This document shows, piece by piece, positions 1 to 10,849 of a stretch of 64,000 nucleotides of DNA. The position numbers were made by a program, and so were the translations under genes. The number at the start of each line of letters is the position of its first letter. The stretch's first letter is position 1. The DNA comes from Azolla caroliniana (taxonomy: Eukaryota > Plantae > Polypodiophyta): positions 16,926,001 to 16,990,000 of the forward strand of contig JBHGNT010000006.1 of the NCBI GenBank assembly GCA_043228905.1. The letters run 5' to 3'. The notes under the pieces are model-generated. The model was not told where the DNA came from. It did no database searches and was given only the letters and a program-made list of their open reading frames with translations.

Positions 1-104
1 CAAATTTTGCAGGAAGACTGATCTTGGGTTCTTTGTGAATCCCTTGAGTGCTTGATCCTTGTTGTTGTAGTGATATAATAGTCGCTTCAAGTTGTTGTAC
101 ACGT

Positions 105-525
105 TGTTATCGCTAGGGCCGGACAATGGCCTAACACAGGGTGTCTCTTTGAGACACTTCACCAAAGGGGTGTTGCGGTGAGATAGAGTTAAACCAACTA
201 TTAATGGAACCCTAATTGGTTACTAAGTGGCAAGATCATTATTCACAATACACGCGTAGAATAAATTACACTTAGCACAGAACGGTAATTAACACTGATT
301 AAGATACAGAACAACAACACTCTATTAATTATCCGCTAATGATTACAATCTAACCAGGCCCTTTTATAGGTCTCCAGCTCTAGGTACAAACCGGTGCCAA
401 CCGACAACCGGCTACGAACCAGTCCGGATTCGGATCGGCATACCGAATCCGGGTTACTAATCAGCTCCCGATTATTAATTATCCCCTTTTCCCCAATCTG
501 GACTTCCCTTGCCGGCTGGTTAACA
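105..525 (-). repeat. 3' LTR of element A
   Basis: Direct repeat of 2040-2509 with TG/CA termini; CTATAAAAG TATA motif on the minus strand. Confidence 0.85.
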
Positions 526-725
526 CATGGCATGCCCGTGGGACAGTACCTTGTATGTCGAATCCCACAATCCGGCCTTCATTCATTCTCCAAAATGTCT
601 AGAATGCTTTGATCTAAGGGTTCTAATGGTTCCTCGGGAAGTTGTTCTATCGTTTACTGCTGTTGTTGTTCCTCCTCCGGTTGTTCCTGTGGCTGTGGCT
701 GCTCTGCTCTCCGCTCCGGCTCCAG

Positions 726-1948
726 CTATGGCTGCTGTTGGTTGGCATCCGTTGCCTGCGGCTCCGTCGGTCTGACCAGCTCTGTCTCCATTCTTGGCTC
801 GACTAGTCTTCCTGGCTCTTCCTCCTTTTCCGGCTCAACCGGCCTTGGTGTCTCCTGGTTCTGCTGTCCAGCGTGCACCGGTTCCTGCGGATGACCCTCC
901 TCTAGTGGCCCCTCCTCAGTACTATCTGGTTGGCTTCCCCTGGCTTTAACCGGTGTTTGTTCTGAAGATGGCTCCTCGTCACTGATGCTAATCGCCATAG
1001 TTTTCTTGGCCACTTCTTGCCGTCGTCGTTCCTGTTCGTACTTTTCGAAACAGAGTTGTTTGTCCAACTGGTCATCATCCAGTTGTGCCACCAACTGGCG
1101 TACCGCCACCCTCTGCTGATGAGCCAAGGATATGAAATCATCCGCTAGTTCCTCCTTTATTGCTTCAATGCTTTCCTTATCCAGATGTAACCTTCGTCGC
1201 CCTCTTTCTGCCGGTTTTCCGCATCTGCCCACAACAACTAGAGCTTTGCTACTTGCTTAGCCCACTTCGACCACTACTGTACTAAGCTTTCTTCCACCAA
1301 TTGCTTCGTTCGATTCCTCCATGCTAGTACGATGTCCCGGATCCGCCCTAGCCCCATCTTCGACTTGTTTTCGGCGGCTTGTTTTTCGTCCTTCAATTGT
1401 TTGATCAAGCTTGCGGTTGCCACTTCTTGGCTTCTGTAGTGCATTAGTTGGGTCTGATATGTCGTCTAAACTTTGTTCAGAGTCATTGTGGCGCGCTCCA
1501 TTTCCGCATGGTGTTGCACTTGCAGGTCCATTCGCTCTTTTGTTGCTGCCGCTAGTTGTTTCGTTACTTCGGCTCCCTTCGACTGCTCTTCCAACAATGC
1601 CGCCGTCAACCGGTTAATTTCCTCCCGGAGTTCTCTGCACTTTTCCTGTTGCTGGTAATTTTCAGTAGTCAATTTCTTATGATCGGCATCCAAATGCTTA
1701 TAATCCCAGTGCAGTCGGTCGAAGTCGTCGGTTTTCTGTTTGAGCTTTTGATTGATAAGCCGGCGAGCGCGGTCCTCACGGTCTTTTTGTTGCCGGAGCT
1801 CTTCTTTGAGGCGCTCAATCTCCACTTTCGCCGTCCTTCGAAGTTTCTCTTTTTCTTGCAGGAGTTTGTCTTTTTCTTCTTTCAGCCGGTCATACGCTTG
1901 ATGGCCTCTTCTCAAGCTTTCCTCTGTTCGGCGGAGGCCGTCGGCCAT
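726..1948 (-). pseudogene. Frameshifted C-terminal half of the coiled-coil extra ORF of element A
   Basis: ORFs 1466-1948 and 726-1232 align by eye with element E ORF 21770-24685 (GLRR..DRL.EE..L.KEK..LRR; LDKESI..IKEELADDF). Confidence 0.8.
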
Positions 1949-2039
1949 TCCCGTTCATACTTTTCAAAACGGAGTTGGTTGTCCAATTGGTCATCATCCA
2001 GTTGTGCCACCAACTGGCGTACCGCCACCCTCTACTCTG

Positions 2040-2509
2040 TGTTATAGCTAGGGCCGGACAATGGCCTAACACAGGGCGTCTCTTTGAGACACTTCACCAA
2101 AGGGGTGTTGTGGTGAGATAGAGTTAAACCAACTATTAATGGAACCCTAATTGGTTACTAAGTGGCAAGATCATTATTCACAATACACGCGTAGAATAAA
2201 TTACACTTAACACAGAACGGTAATTAGCATTGATTAAGATACAGAACAACAACACTCTTTTAATTATCTACTAATGATTACAATCTAACCGGGTCCTTTT
2301 ATAGGTCTCCGGCTTTAAGTACAAACCGGTGCCAACCGACAACCGGCTACGAACCGATCCGGATCCGGATTGGCATACCGACTCCGGGTCCGTCCGTTCG
2401 CTTCTCAAAATCATATTAATTCTATATTATAACATTATAACTAATCAGCTCCCGCATATTAATTATCCCCTTTTCCCCAATCTGGACTTCCCTTGCCGGC
2501 CGGTTAACA
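2040..2509 (-). repeat. 5' LTR of element A
   Basis: Direct repeat of 105-525. Confidence 0.85.
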
Positions 2510-2920
2510 CACATAACGTCAGCTCCCCATGTTGTTGTTGTTTTTCCAACGCTATTTGTTGAAGATCCCCCAACAAACGGTGAATTTCTTGTTCTAGTCC
2601 TACAAATTTCTCTTTTAAGCACTGGAGCTCTGAGAAAACAGATTGGTATTCCTGAGCGCTAACAGTTTCCATTTTACTAGGGAGGATAAGAGGATTAGTA
2701 TGAAGGGAAAAAGGGGTAAGAAGATGAGGGAAACCGGAAAGAAGACCGGTAAAAAGGGGATATGTAAGAAGATAAAAGGAAGAGGAGGAAAGGCGGAGAC
2801 GGAAGGAGGAAAATCGGTTCAAACTGTCAGGAATAGTACTAAGACAGAGAAGAAATTAGTACTAAGTGAGGAATATTAGTACTAAGAGGACTAGAGGGTG
2901 TAGAACATTCGAGAGAAGGA

Positions 2921-3244
2921 GAGATAGATAGATAGATTATATTATCGTCTTCGGAGGTCAAATATGACCTATGAGATAGATAGATAGATAGATTATATTA
3001 TCGTCTTCGGAGGTCAAATATGACCTATGAGACCAAAAATATTACATTTCACGTGATACGTGTGAAAGTGAGTAGTGACTCTCGATGTTTAAGAACTTTA
3101 CCAATGAATGTTGCAATCGAGAGTGCACATTGTGGTTGTGAGAGGAATTCATGCAAAGATTGGGCTCGATCGAAGAGATGTGGAAAGCATGGTCGAATAT
3201 GATCAAAGGCAGAGCATTGTATCAAAGTGTGATACTCAGACTCG
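2921..3244 (-). mobile_element. 3' end of the LINE (ORF2 C-terminus, 3' UTR, duplicated hairpin plus (TATC)n tail)
   Basis: The minus strand continues ORF2 across element D's TSD (...LCTLCPKQV / ESEYHTLIQC..., a C-terminal CCHC motif). It is followed by two copies of AGGTCATATTTGACCT...(TATC)n. Confidence 0.75.
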
Positions 3245-3701
3245 TGTTACCCGTTCCTTTGGGTGAACACCTTTGATAGATCTGCGTCTATCGGTCTTCA
3301 AGGGCGTGGTACGTGAAGGCTCGTAACAGAGGCGTCGAGAGAGATACAGGGCTTAGAGAGAAAACACTAGCAAGGTCTTGATAGACGTGGCGGCGTGAAA
3401 CTCATAGGTATGGATCAAAGCACAGACTCATGCAGCAAAGATAGGCACAAATAAGATATATTACTATGGCAGAAAAGATTACAGAACACGGCCTATGGCC
3501 GGTGACCTTACGAGCCTATCTAATTACGAATGACTAAGCTAGTGCTTCCGCCTATAGTTTTCTTCTCTCCCCTCTCTGAGGTACTGGTCCTCGTTTAAAT
3601 AACTTTTCCCCTAATACACAGCCGAGCCGTCGGTGGCCCGTGATACTCGGACTCAGCGTTTGCTAATTTCCTAATTTTACATTTCTGTCCTTTGGACAAC
3701 A
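3245..3701 (-). repeat. 3' LTR of element D
   Basis: Near-identical to 26481-26937; TGTT...AACA termini. Confidence 0.92.
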
Positions 3702-4135
3702 CCTAGCACGCCCGTGGGACAGGACCTTGTTCGTCAGACCCACGACTTACAAAATACTAACAATATTACAAAAATTTCCTTTTAGGCGTGATCCTCGTTT
3801 CATTCCTCCTTTAAGATGTCGAGGATGCTTTCGGAGTCCGGGGTGGTGGCAGGGTGGTCTGGTTGGACTGTCGGTGCGGGGGGTTGAGTTTGGTCTAGGG
3901 GTGGCATATCTTCTCGGGCGTCCGCCTCGGGTGCGGCCGATTCTTCTGGTGGGGGTGTGGGTTCATGGGCGCTGACCTTTACTTCGACAAGATTTGGTAC
4001 CGTGTGGGCGTCTATGGAATGTCTGTTGGCCGGGGCAAGTTCCTCCTGTCCCGTGTCCGTGATCTCCTTGCTGGGAGATTCTTCTTTCTGCTCTGTGGCC
4101 GTTGGAGGGCTGGTGGGGATGGCTGCGAGTCGTTC

Positions 4136-6961
4136 TCATTCGAAGGCTTCTGCTTCCAGGAGAAACAACATATGACCGTCATTGAAGTCCTCCATTATTT
4201 GCTCAATTGCCGCGGTGTGAGATTTTGCCAAGGACTGATAATCCTCGGTTAAATCTGCACGCAGGTTTTGAATGCTGGCTTCGTCCATTTTGTAGAAGCC
4301 GCGGCCCTCCGTCCGTCGGTTCTCGGCGTCGGCGCGTAAAATATGCAATTCAGCAGCTTGGGCTGCCCATTCGTCTCCTACGCGATTTAATGTTTCCTCG
4401 ACCTTTTTGGTAAGGTGTTGGCGCTCTTTCTCGATCAGTATTCGGATGCGTGTCTCATCCATGTCGGGCTGTGCTCGGATGGCTGCTAATTCCTGTTTTA
4501 AGCCGTCGACCTCGGCCTGAATCTTCTGTGTTCTGCGCTCATAGATGGCCTGAGTGTTCTTTGCATCCACGGTTACGAGCTGGAGAGCCTGCTCGTAACG
4601 CTTGGTGAGTTCTTCGGTGGCCTGCTCCCATTCTTTCTGACATGTGGCCCGGATTTGTTCCCATTCGACGATTCTCTCTTCTTGTAGGGCGAAGTAGGAA
4701 TCCGATAAGACGTCTTTTTGCTTCGAAAGTAGCTTGCATTTGAGGAAAAACTCGTCAGCCATCTCTTTAAGGGTCGTACGTTGACTCTGCAGCTCGGCAT
4801 TCTCCGCGTTCATCCTCTCCTCCCGTTGGCGATTTCTTTCCTCTTGCCGCTGGTTCCAGTCTTTTGCATTGTCAAGTGCGGCCTATAGGTCTAGAACCTC
4901 CTTCTCTTTCTTCACCACTGTGGCTGCGTATGCCTCCAGCTTGCTTTTGAGTTCGGCTTCCTTGCCCGCGGCTTGTGCTTGTACCTGGCCCAATGCTTCG
5001 TTCTGCTTGTGTATCCTTTGGTCGGCCTGGGCTCTTATCTCGGCCATCTGCTTGGAAGCTTCTTCTTTTAGGCGAGCCATCACCTCTTGATGCTTGTTCG
5101 TGTCTCTCGGTTCGTCGTTGTTCTTCTTTAAGCTCCGCACGATAATCCCGGAGCGGGGGTTCTGTCTGGGTTGCCACCTCCTTGGGTGCACGAGGTGGTG
5201 GTATCTCAGTCTTTTCCGTGGGCGTGGGCGCCTCGGTTGTTGTGTAGGCATCGACCATTTGTAACGAGTCCGTTTGTGTACTGGCCTGCACCTTCAGGAT
5301 TGAGTCGGTGATGGTGCTTGCATCCATCATTGGTATGCGTGGAGGCGCTGGGAGGGCCTCGGTGGTCGTTACCGGAAGGCTCAGGAGTTGTTGTTCCGGC
5401 AGGTTTTGCTCCCAGGCTGCCAGCTTCTGGTTCGCAGCGTGCCATAGTTCTGTAGCCATCTTAGCATGTTTTTGAGCTATTTTTATCTTTCGGGCCATGT
5501 CTTTGGCTGCCCGCGTAGTGCGATCCAGGTCCCGATATGCCTCGATAAGGGTCGTGTTCAACTCGGGGACCTCCATGAGGAGAGCGGCCTGTTTTGCCTG
5601 CTTCTTCCTCCCGATTTTTTGTAAAGCCCTGTCCTCTTGGGGCTCAATTTCACCTATTAGCGCGCGTTGAATCATTTTTGTTTCGGCGTGCTCTTCCGCC
5701 ATTCGAGCGGCTGCCGCGACTTGGGCTCTGGCGAGGAAGTCGACCAGCTCGAATGACGTACCGAGGCGTAGGAGCGCACTAAATTCGTAAGCCTCCGCGG
5801 GGAGGTCCTTATACCTGAGGACTTCATCCTCCGAGATCTGTGTTGTCTGCCCATGCTCAATCGTTCCCTTGTTCAGCGATGCCTCCGTAGGGGTGATGGC
5901 CAGGTTGCTCTGTCTGACCACTAATGCTTGCTCCTGTTGTGGCTCCTTCTGTTCTTCCGAGGACTCGCGGTTGAGTTGTCTTCTCTTGCTTGGCTGTGTT
6001 TGGGGTTCCGGGGCCGGTAGTGTCGTTTCCTCCGCCTGCTTCCTTTTCTAGGGTCGTGGTGTGCAGCCTGCTCTGTGTTGAGGCATGGGCTAGGTCCTGG
6101 GGACATTACCGAGGGGCGCGACGTTGGCTGTCGAATGGTGACGTCATCGGTCGTGTTGTCTTCCGCGGCTACCTCCTCCTCCCATTCTTGGCAGGTCTCG
6201 GAAACTACCCTTTTTTGTTGGGGTTGGGCGGGTGGTGGTGCAGATGCTGTTTTTTGGTCGGCGGCAGGGGGTGAAGGCGATTTGGGCTCCTCCCATGCTT
6301 CGTGGCTGATGGCCACGAATTTCTCTCTCTGCCTTCGTGCTGGTGGTGGGGACGTGAGTGTGCGAGGGGAAGGAAGCGAAGAGGGTGGGTATAGAACCAT
6401 TAAAAAGTGGGTAAGAACAGACAACATCTTCTTACCAGACTGAAATGAAGCTAAGGCGGCACGGAGTCCCTCGCCTGTGATGATTCCCCAATCGATTTTG
6501 TTTCCTTCATACGCGCTGATGATGATGGCTGCCTTGTTATGCGGCATGCTCGTTGGGTTCGTATGCACGAACGCATACTCCATTAATATACGAGCAATCT
6601 CCCCGAAAGCTTTGTTGGGACCGCCATATGTGCGATATGCCTTCCCTGAGGCTGAGTACTCACCAAAGTACACCTTCATCTTTGATGCCGGGGGTATGTC
6701 GACCTCATGGTCCCCTCCCCGTTGCAGATCCAAAATAGCTCGAAGCACGTTGTTGGTGATGGCTTCGAGACTTATACGTTTAGCCACAGTTTGGGCATCT
6801 GGGTGCGCGGGGGCATCGATGATCTTCAGGTAACCGCCCATTCCTCGTTCCTGGAGCCAGGCGCGGGTTTCTGTTGAGGCGGTAAGAGGCATGGTGGAGA
6901 TGGAGACGGGGTTTGACTGTGTGGAAGCGTGAAGCAAAGTGATGAGGCGAGGGCGAGCCAC
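4136..6961 (-). pseudogene. Frameshifted extra ORF of element D (conserved N-terminal domain, Pro-rich linker, coiled coil)
   Basis: ORFs 5921-6961, 4872-5921, 4883-5251 and 4136-4813. They share WL.E.G.GG.L, YFGEYS.S.KAYRT and EWA.QAAEL..LRADAENR...G.GFYKMDE.SI with element E's extra ORF. Confidence 0.8.
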
Positions 6962-8758
6962 AGGAGGAACAGCAGGAAGGGGAAGTCCAGCAGAGGGGTT
7001 ATGAGAGCGAAAGAGGGCTTGAGAGCAAGAGCGCTTAGTGTGATGAGGGCGAGACGGGGTTTCTGAGCTTGAGAGCTAAGGAGATGGGGAGCGATAATGC
7101 TGCGTTTTGGAAACGGTTTTAGTAACTTACTCCTAGGGTTTTGTGCCTGAAGCGAATCTTGAAGATTCTGAGTCGTGGGTGCCATAATAAGTGACTAGCA
7201 CCACGTGTCCTGAAGGTGAGTGGGGTGCTTCTAGTGCTTTGCATGTGTGAACAACTTAAATAGGTACTAACTGAGTGGTGGCGAGGGGTGCTCCTAAAAT
7301 TGTGGGTGCCTAGGTGGGTGGTGTAGGTGTAGCTAATCAGTGGCTAAACTATGGTTAATCCTACCTACTACTACTTTTATTAATTTCAAGAAGGTGGGTG
7401 AGTTCTTATTCAGGGGGACACGTGGTGTCCTCCGTGGTGATCTCCCGAGTCTTGTTGGTGCCGTGTGGCTCGGTAAACGGGTTGGGTGGTGTAGTCCCTC
7501 GATATGGTCGAAGTCGAAACCCATTGGCCCAGCTTTTGACCGTGTCGCCGGCGAGTGTGCCGAGCTGGAACGTCCCGTTGAACTCGTCGATAATCCAGAA
7601 TGGACAGGTCTACCGAAATCTTAATTTTCCCGGCATTGACCCGAGTCGTGTTTGGAAAAGAAGAATTGGTTTGCCGATGGTGAGCTCCTTCTCCAGCCCA
7701 TGTTGATGTCGATCCACGAAAGCCTTGCGTTGCCGTTGGCGTTGTTCGAGCTGGGCCATACTCTCTATCCTATCTTCCCCGAGTTCGAGGAGTTGTTCCA
7801 ATCGGTATTCCTCGGATTCGGCCTCGGGGAGCCATGCTTTGACTTGAACTCGGAGGCTCGGGACTTGGAACTCGACGGGCATTACGGCTTCTAACCCGAA
7901 CGCCATTCGAAAGGGGGTCGATTGGATGCTTGTTTTGAAAGTCGTACGATACGCCCACAACGCGCTGTCGCGAAGATTCGTGCGTGCGTGTGCTACTCGA
8001 GCGACCACTGGGGTCTTGGACTGGGGAGGACGTTCGCGGAATTATCGACACTAGATGACGATCAATGTAAGATTGGATGAAATTTGTTCACTTGAGAAGA
8101 AGAAAGATTGTACACTTGAGAAGTAGAAAAACATGAAGAAGATAAAGACAAATATAATTATATTGATGATAGTGGTGTTGGTGATATCACATATTGAGCC
8201 CCCCTTACACAAGCCCAACTAGAGGCTTTTATAGGTCTTTCCATGCTCGTGACATGCACAAAACCATGGCTAAAACCATGGTTTTGTGCACACGGTTTTG
8301 CTTATGTCATGCACAAACCATGGGTTTAAAACCATGGTTTTGTGCACATGGTTTTCTATGGTTGTTTCGTCTATAATTTGTATATGAAAAGGAAATACAT
8401 AAAATCTACACTATATGATAGTTGTCCTAGTGGTAAGGCAATTATCTTGTATCATAGAGGTGCAAGGTTCAAACCTTGTTTGCACCCCTCTGTATGAACT
8501 CAAGTGCCACTAGGCCTTAGGAGGCTTATTTGCTAAGTGTATGTGCAATGTTGCACATCCTTGGTTTATTCGTCTCACTCGGTTGCACACCATAGCCGAA
8601 AATCGTCACGACATCCACCCCCACCAAACCCGCACATCCTCCGGTATGTGCCGAGAAAGGTGAAGAGGTGAGATCTTTGGCAACGGTGATCAACTGAGTT
8701 CCTTTGCACGCTCGTCGACCTCATCTGACTTCGTCTTCCACTTCGAGTATGCGCAATC

Positions 8759-10810
8759 TTACCAACCGAACCACCATAGCCACCCGATCCACCATATCCG
8801 GCGCTCACACCTTCTTCCCCGATCGGTTGTAGTAGATCTACCGAACGATGTCGTCGATACGACCGCTCTTCCTTCGTCCACCACGCTTGTCCTTCGATTG
8901 GGTTCCTGGCCACTCCTCGCGCTCACCGTCTTCAACCGGGTGTTGTGGATCGTTCGTGTCCATCTTCGATTATGCCAGGTTTTCCCTTCTCCGGATCGGT
9001 CTCCGCTGATCGCTTCTTGGCTCGGTTGGCCTTCGTCTACATTCGCATTTCCCCGAGTCGGGCTTGACCGATTGATTCTGGCTGGGTCGACCCCCTTTTG
9101 GATTGGAATCGTTCGATTGATTTTCGCCGAATCAGGTTTCGGCCGGGTCGGCCCTGGTCGATCGGCTCCCATGTGGATCTTCCTTCGTTCGGGCCGGAAT
9201 CTCGTCCGGATCGTCTTCCGGTTCGACTGGTTCTCGACTCTTCCTTCCTTCCCGCATGCAACCTCTCTATCGAACTCAACCGCGGCTTCATCCTTGGCCT
9301 GCTCGTCGGCCATAGCCTGCCCTCCGTGTATGCTCGCCGCGAGCCATATTGTCTCCTCTTCGCCACCTCCTTTATCTTCGGTCTTATCCCGACACACGGT
9401 CTCGACTGCCGAAGTCTCCGGAACCAGTGTGAAGGAATGCCTTCGCTCATGCACATTTACCTTGTCTTCTTCATCGCCCTTCCGGTCGTCCTCTTTTTTG
9501 TCCACACATTCTGTCTCTCCGGTCTCACGTTGGCGCACGTGCACAACCGCCGAAGTCTCTAGAATAGGTGTGGGGATATCCTTTCTTCCTCGATCTTCTT
9601 CCTCCTTGTGTTGGGCCTTCGTCTTCCCGTCACCACCTTCCGTCTCTCCGGTCTCACATTGGCACACGGGCGCAACCGCCGAAGTCTCTGGAGCAATCGT
9701 GGAGAAAGTCTTGACATGGCTATCCGTTGTCGACTCGTCCATAGCCACCTCCAACTCGATGTCGTTTGTCATGGCTACCTCCTCAATCTCTTCATACTCA
9801 AACACTTTATCTCCCTCGATCATGCAAGATTTTCTCATGCTTGCACCTTCATCACCCGGTGTTTCGTACACAATGTGTGTTCCGAAACATTTATCCTCCC
9901 TGGAAGTGGCGTTCGTCGTCCTCGAGTCATCGGCCTCCTCCTTGGCCGTCGTTTCTTCGTAAGACAAGAAGGTGACTTGTTTCACACCTTCTCTCTCGGT
10001 ACCGTCATACCGAACCAGAGCCTTTGTATCGGCCACTTCATTAACCCGCATTTGTTGGGAGGTCTCTTCTTCCTCGATCACCATTCACCTCGGTTTTGTC
10101 TCCCTTTTAAGCTTCATTTCTTTTGTTGGTGGCGCGTTGTTGCATCTCGTCCCTCTTCGATCGTCCCTCATGGGCCGTCTTGTTGTCGCCGATATTCTCG
10201 CTTGCCCCTTATCGTGTAGTCGGCATACACTTTCCACTTTGCTCCAATCCTCGATGAGGCCATTTGCACCATCATCTTCTTCGAGTTTGAGACCGATCGC
10301 CATCCTTTCCATTCGATCGATTGACTTCACGAACATAAGGACCTTATCGACCCCCACCAATCTTTGTTCCCGCTCCGAAAATTGAGAAAAATGATGCTCG
10401 AAGTCTACGAATGCTTGTGTCGCACCTTGGTGGGTCTTCGCTGATGTCACCCATTGGTCGAAGTTGCGTCGATCTCGTCCCTTCAGTCTCTCATAGCCAT
10501 ATTCCTCCAATAGAGCCTTCTCGAAAGTCGCCCACGAATCATGAGCTTCTAGAAGCTCTTTTACATCTTTGAAGATCGGTTGAGACACCACCCGACAAAA
10601 GTACTCTAGCCTCATAGCTTTGTCCACACCTCTTGAATCCATCTCCGCATTGTAGACTTTTAGGAAACTTTGGACTTCGGCGCCGTTGAAATAGCTCACT
10701 CGCTCGACTACCCTGTCGACGGCTTGTTGGGCTTCATTTCTTCTTTTCCCTTCTCTCAGAAACTCCATCATCCTTCTTGACATTGCCTCCATGAGATATT
10801 CGCCATCCAT
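8759..10810 (-). CDS. Gag-like protein (10085-10810) followed by an acidic repetitive extension (8759-10084), broken by one in-frame stop
   Basis: The N-terminus (AQQAVDRVV..F.G.EV..FL..Y.AEM) is homologous to element C's ORF; both share repeated PETSAV...ETGE modules. Confidence 0.7.
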
Positions 10811-10831
10811 CTTCGTCCTCCCCTGCTGCTC

Positions 10832-10849
10832 TTCACGTCGGGTTCACCA
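10832..10849 (-). promoter_or_regulatory. Primer-binding site, tRNA-Trp type
   Basis: Complement of the plant tRNA-Trp 3' end (..TTCACGTCGGGTTCACCA, recalled), 5 nt inside the 5' LTR. Confidence 0.85.

Larger units (their letters stand above)
105..2509 (-). mobile_element. Element A: internally deleted Ty3/Gypsy LTR retrotransposon
   Basis: LTRs at 2040-2509 and 105-525 (TGTT...AACA; the left copy has a ~50-bp deletion). TSD CACGT (100-104) / CACAT (2510-2514). The interior holds only fragments of the extra ORF. Confidence 0.85.
1..2672 (-). pseudogene. gag: Ty3/Gypsy gag N-terminal remnant, split by element A (segments 2510-2672 and 1-104), running off the left edge
   Basis: METVSAQEYQ...coiled-coil starts at 2672. 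The reverse complement of 1-31 reads EPKISLPAKF, typical of the Ty3-type gag 'PxxxLPxKFDG' region. The two parts rejoin at the CACGT/CACAT TSD. Confidence 0.55.
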
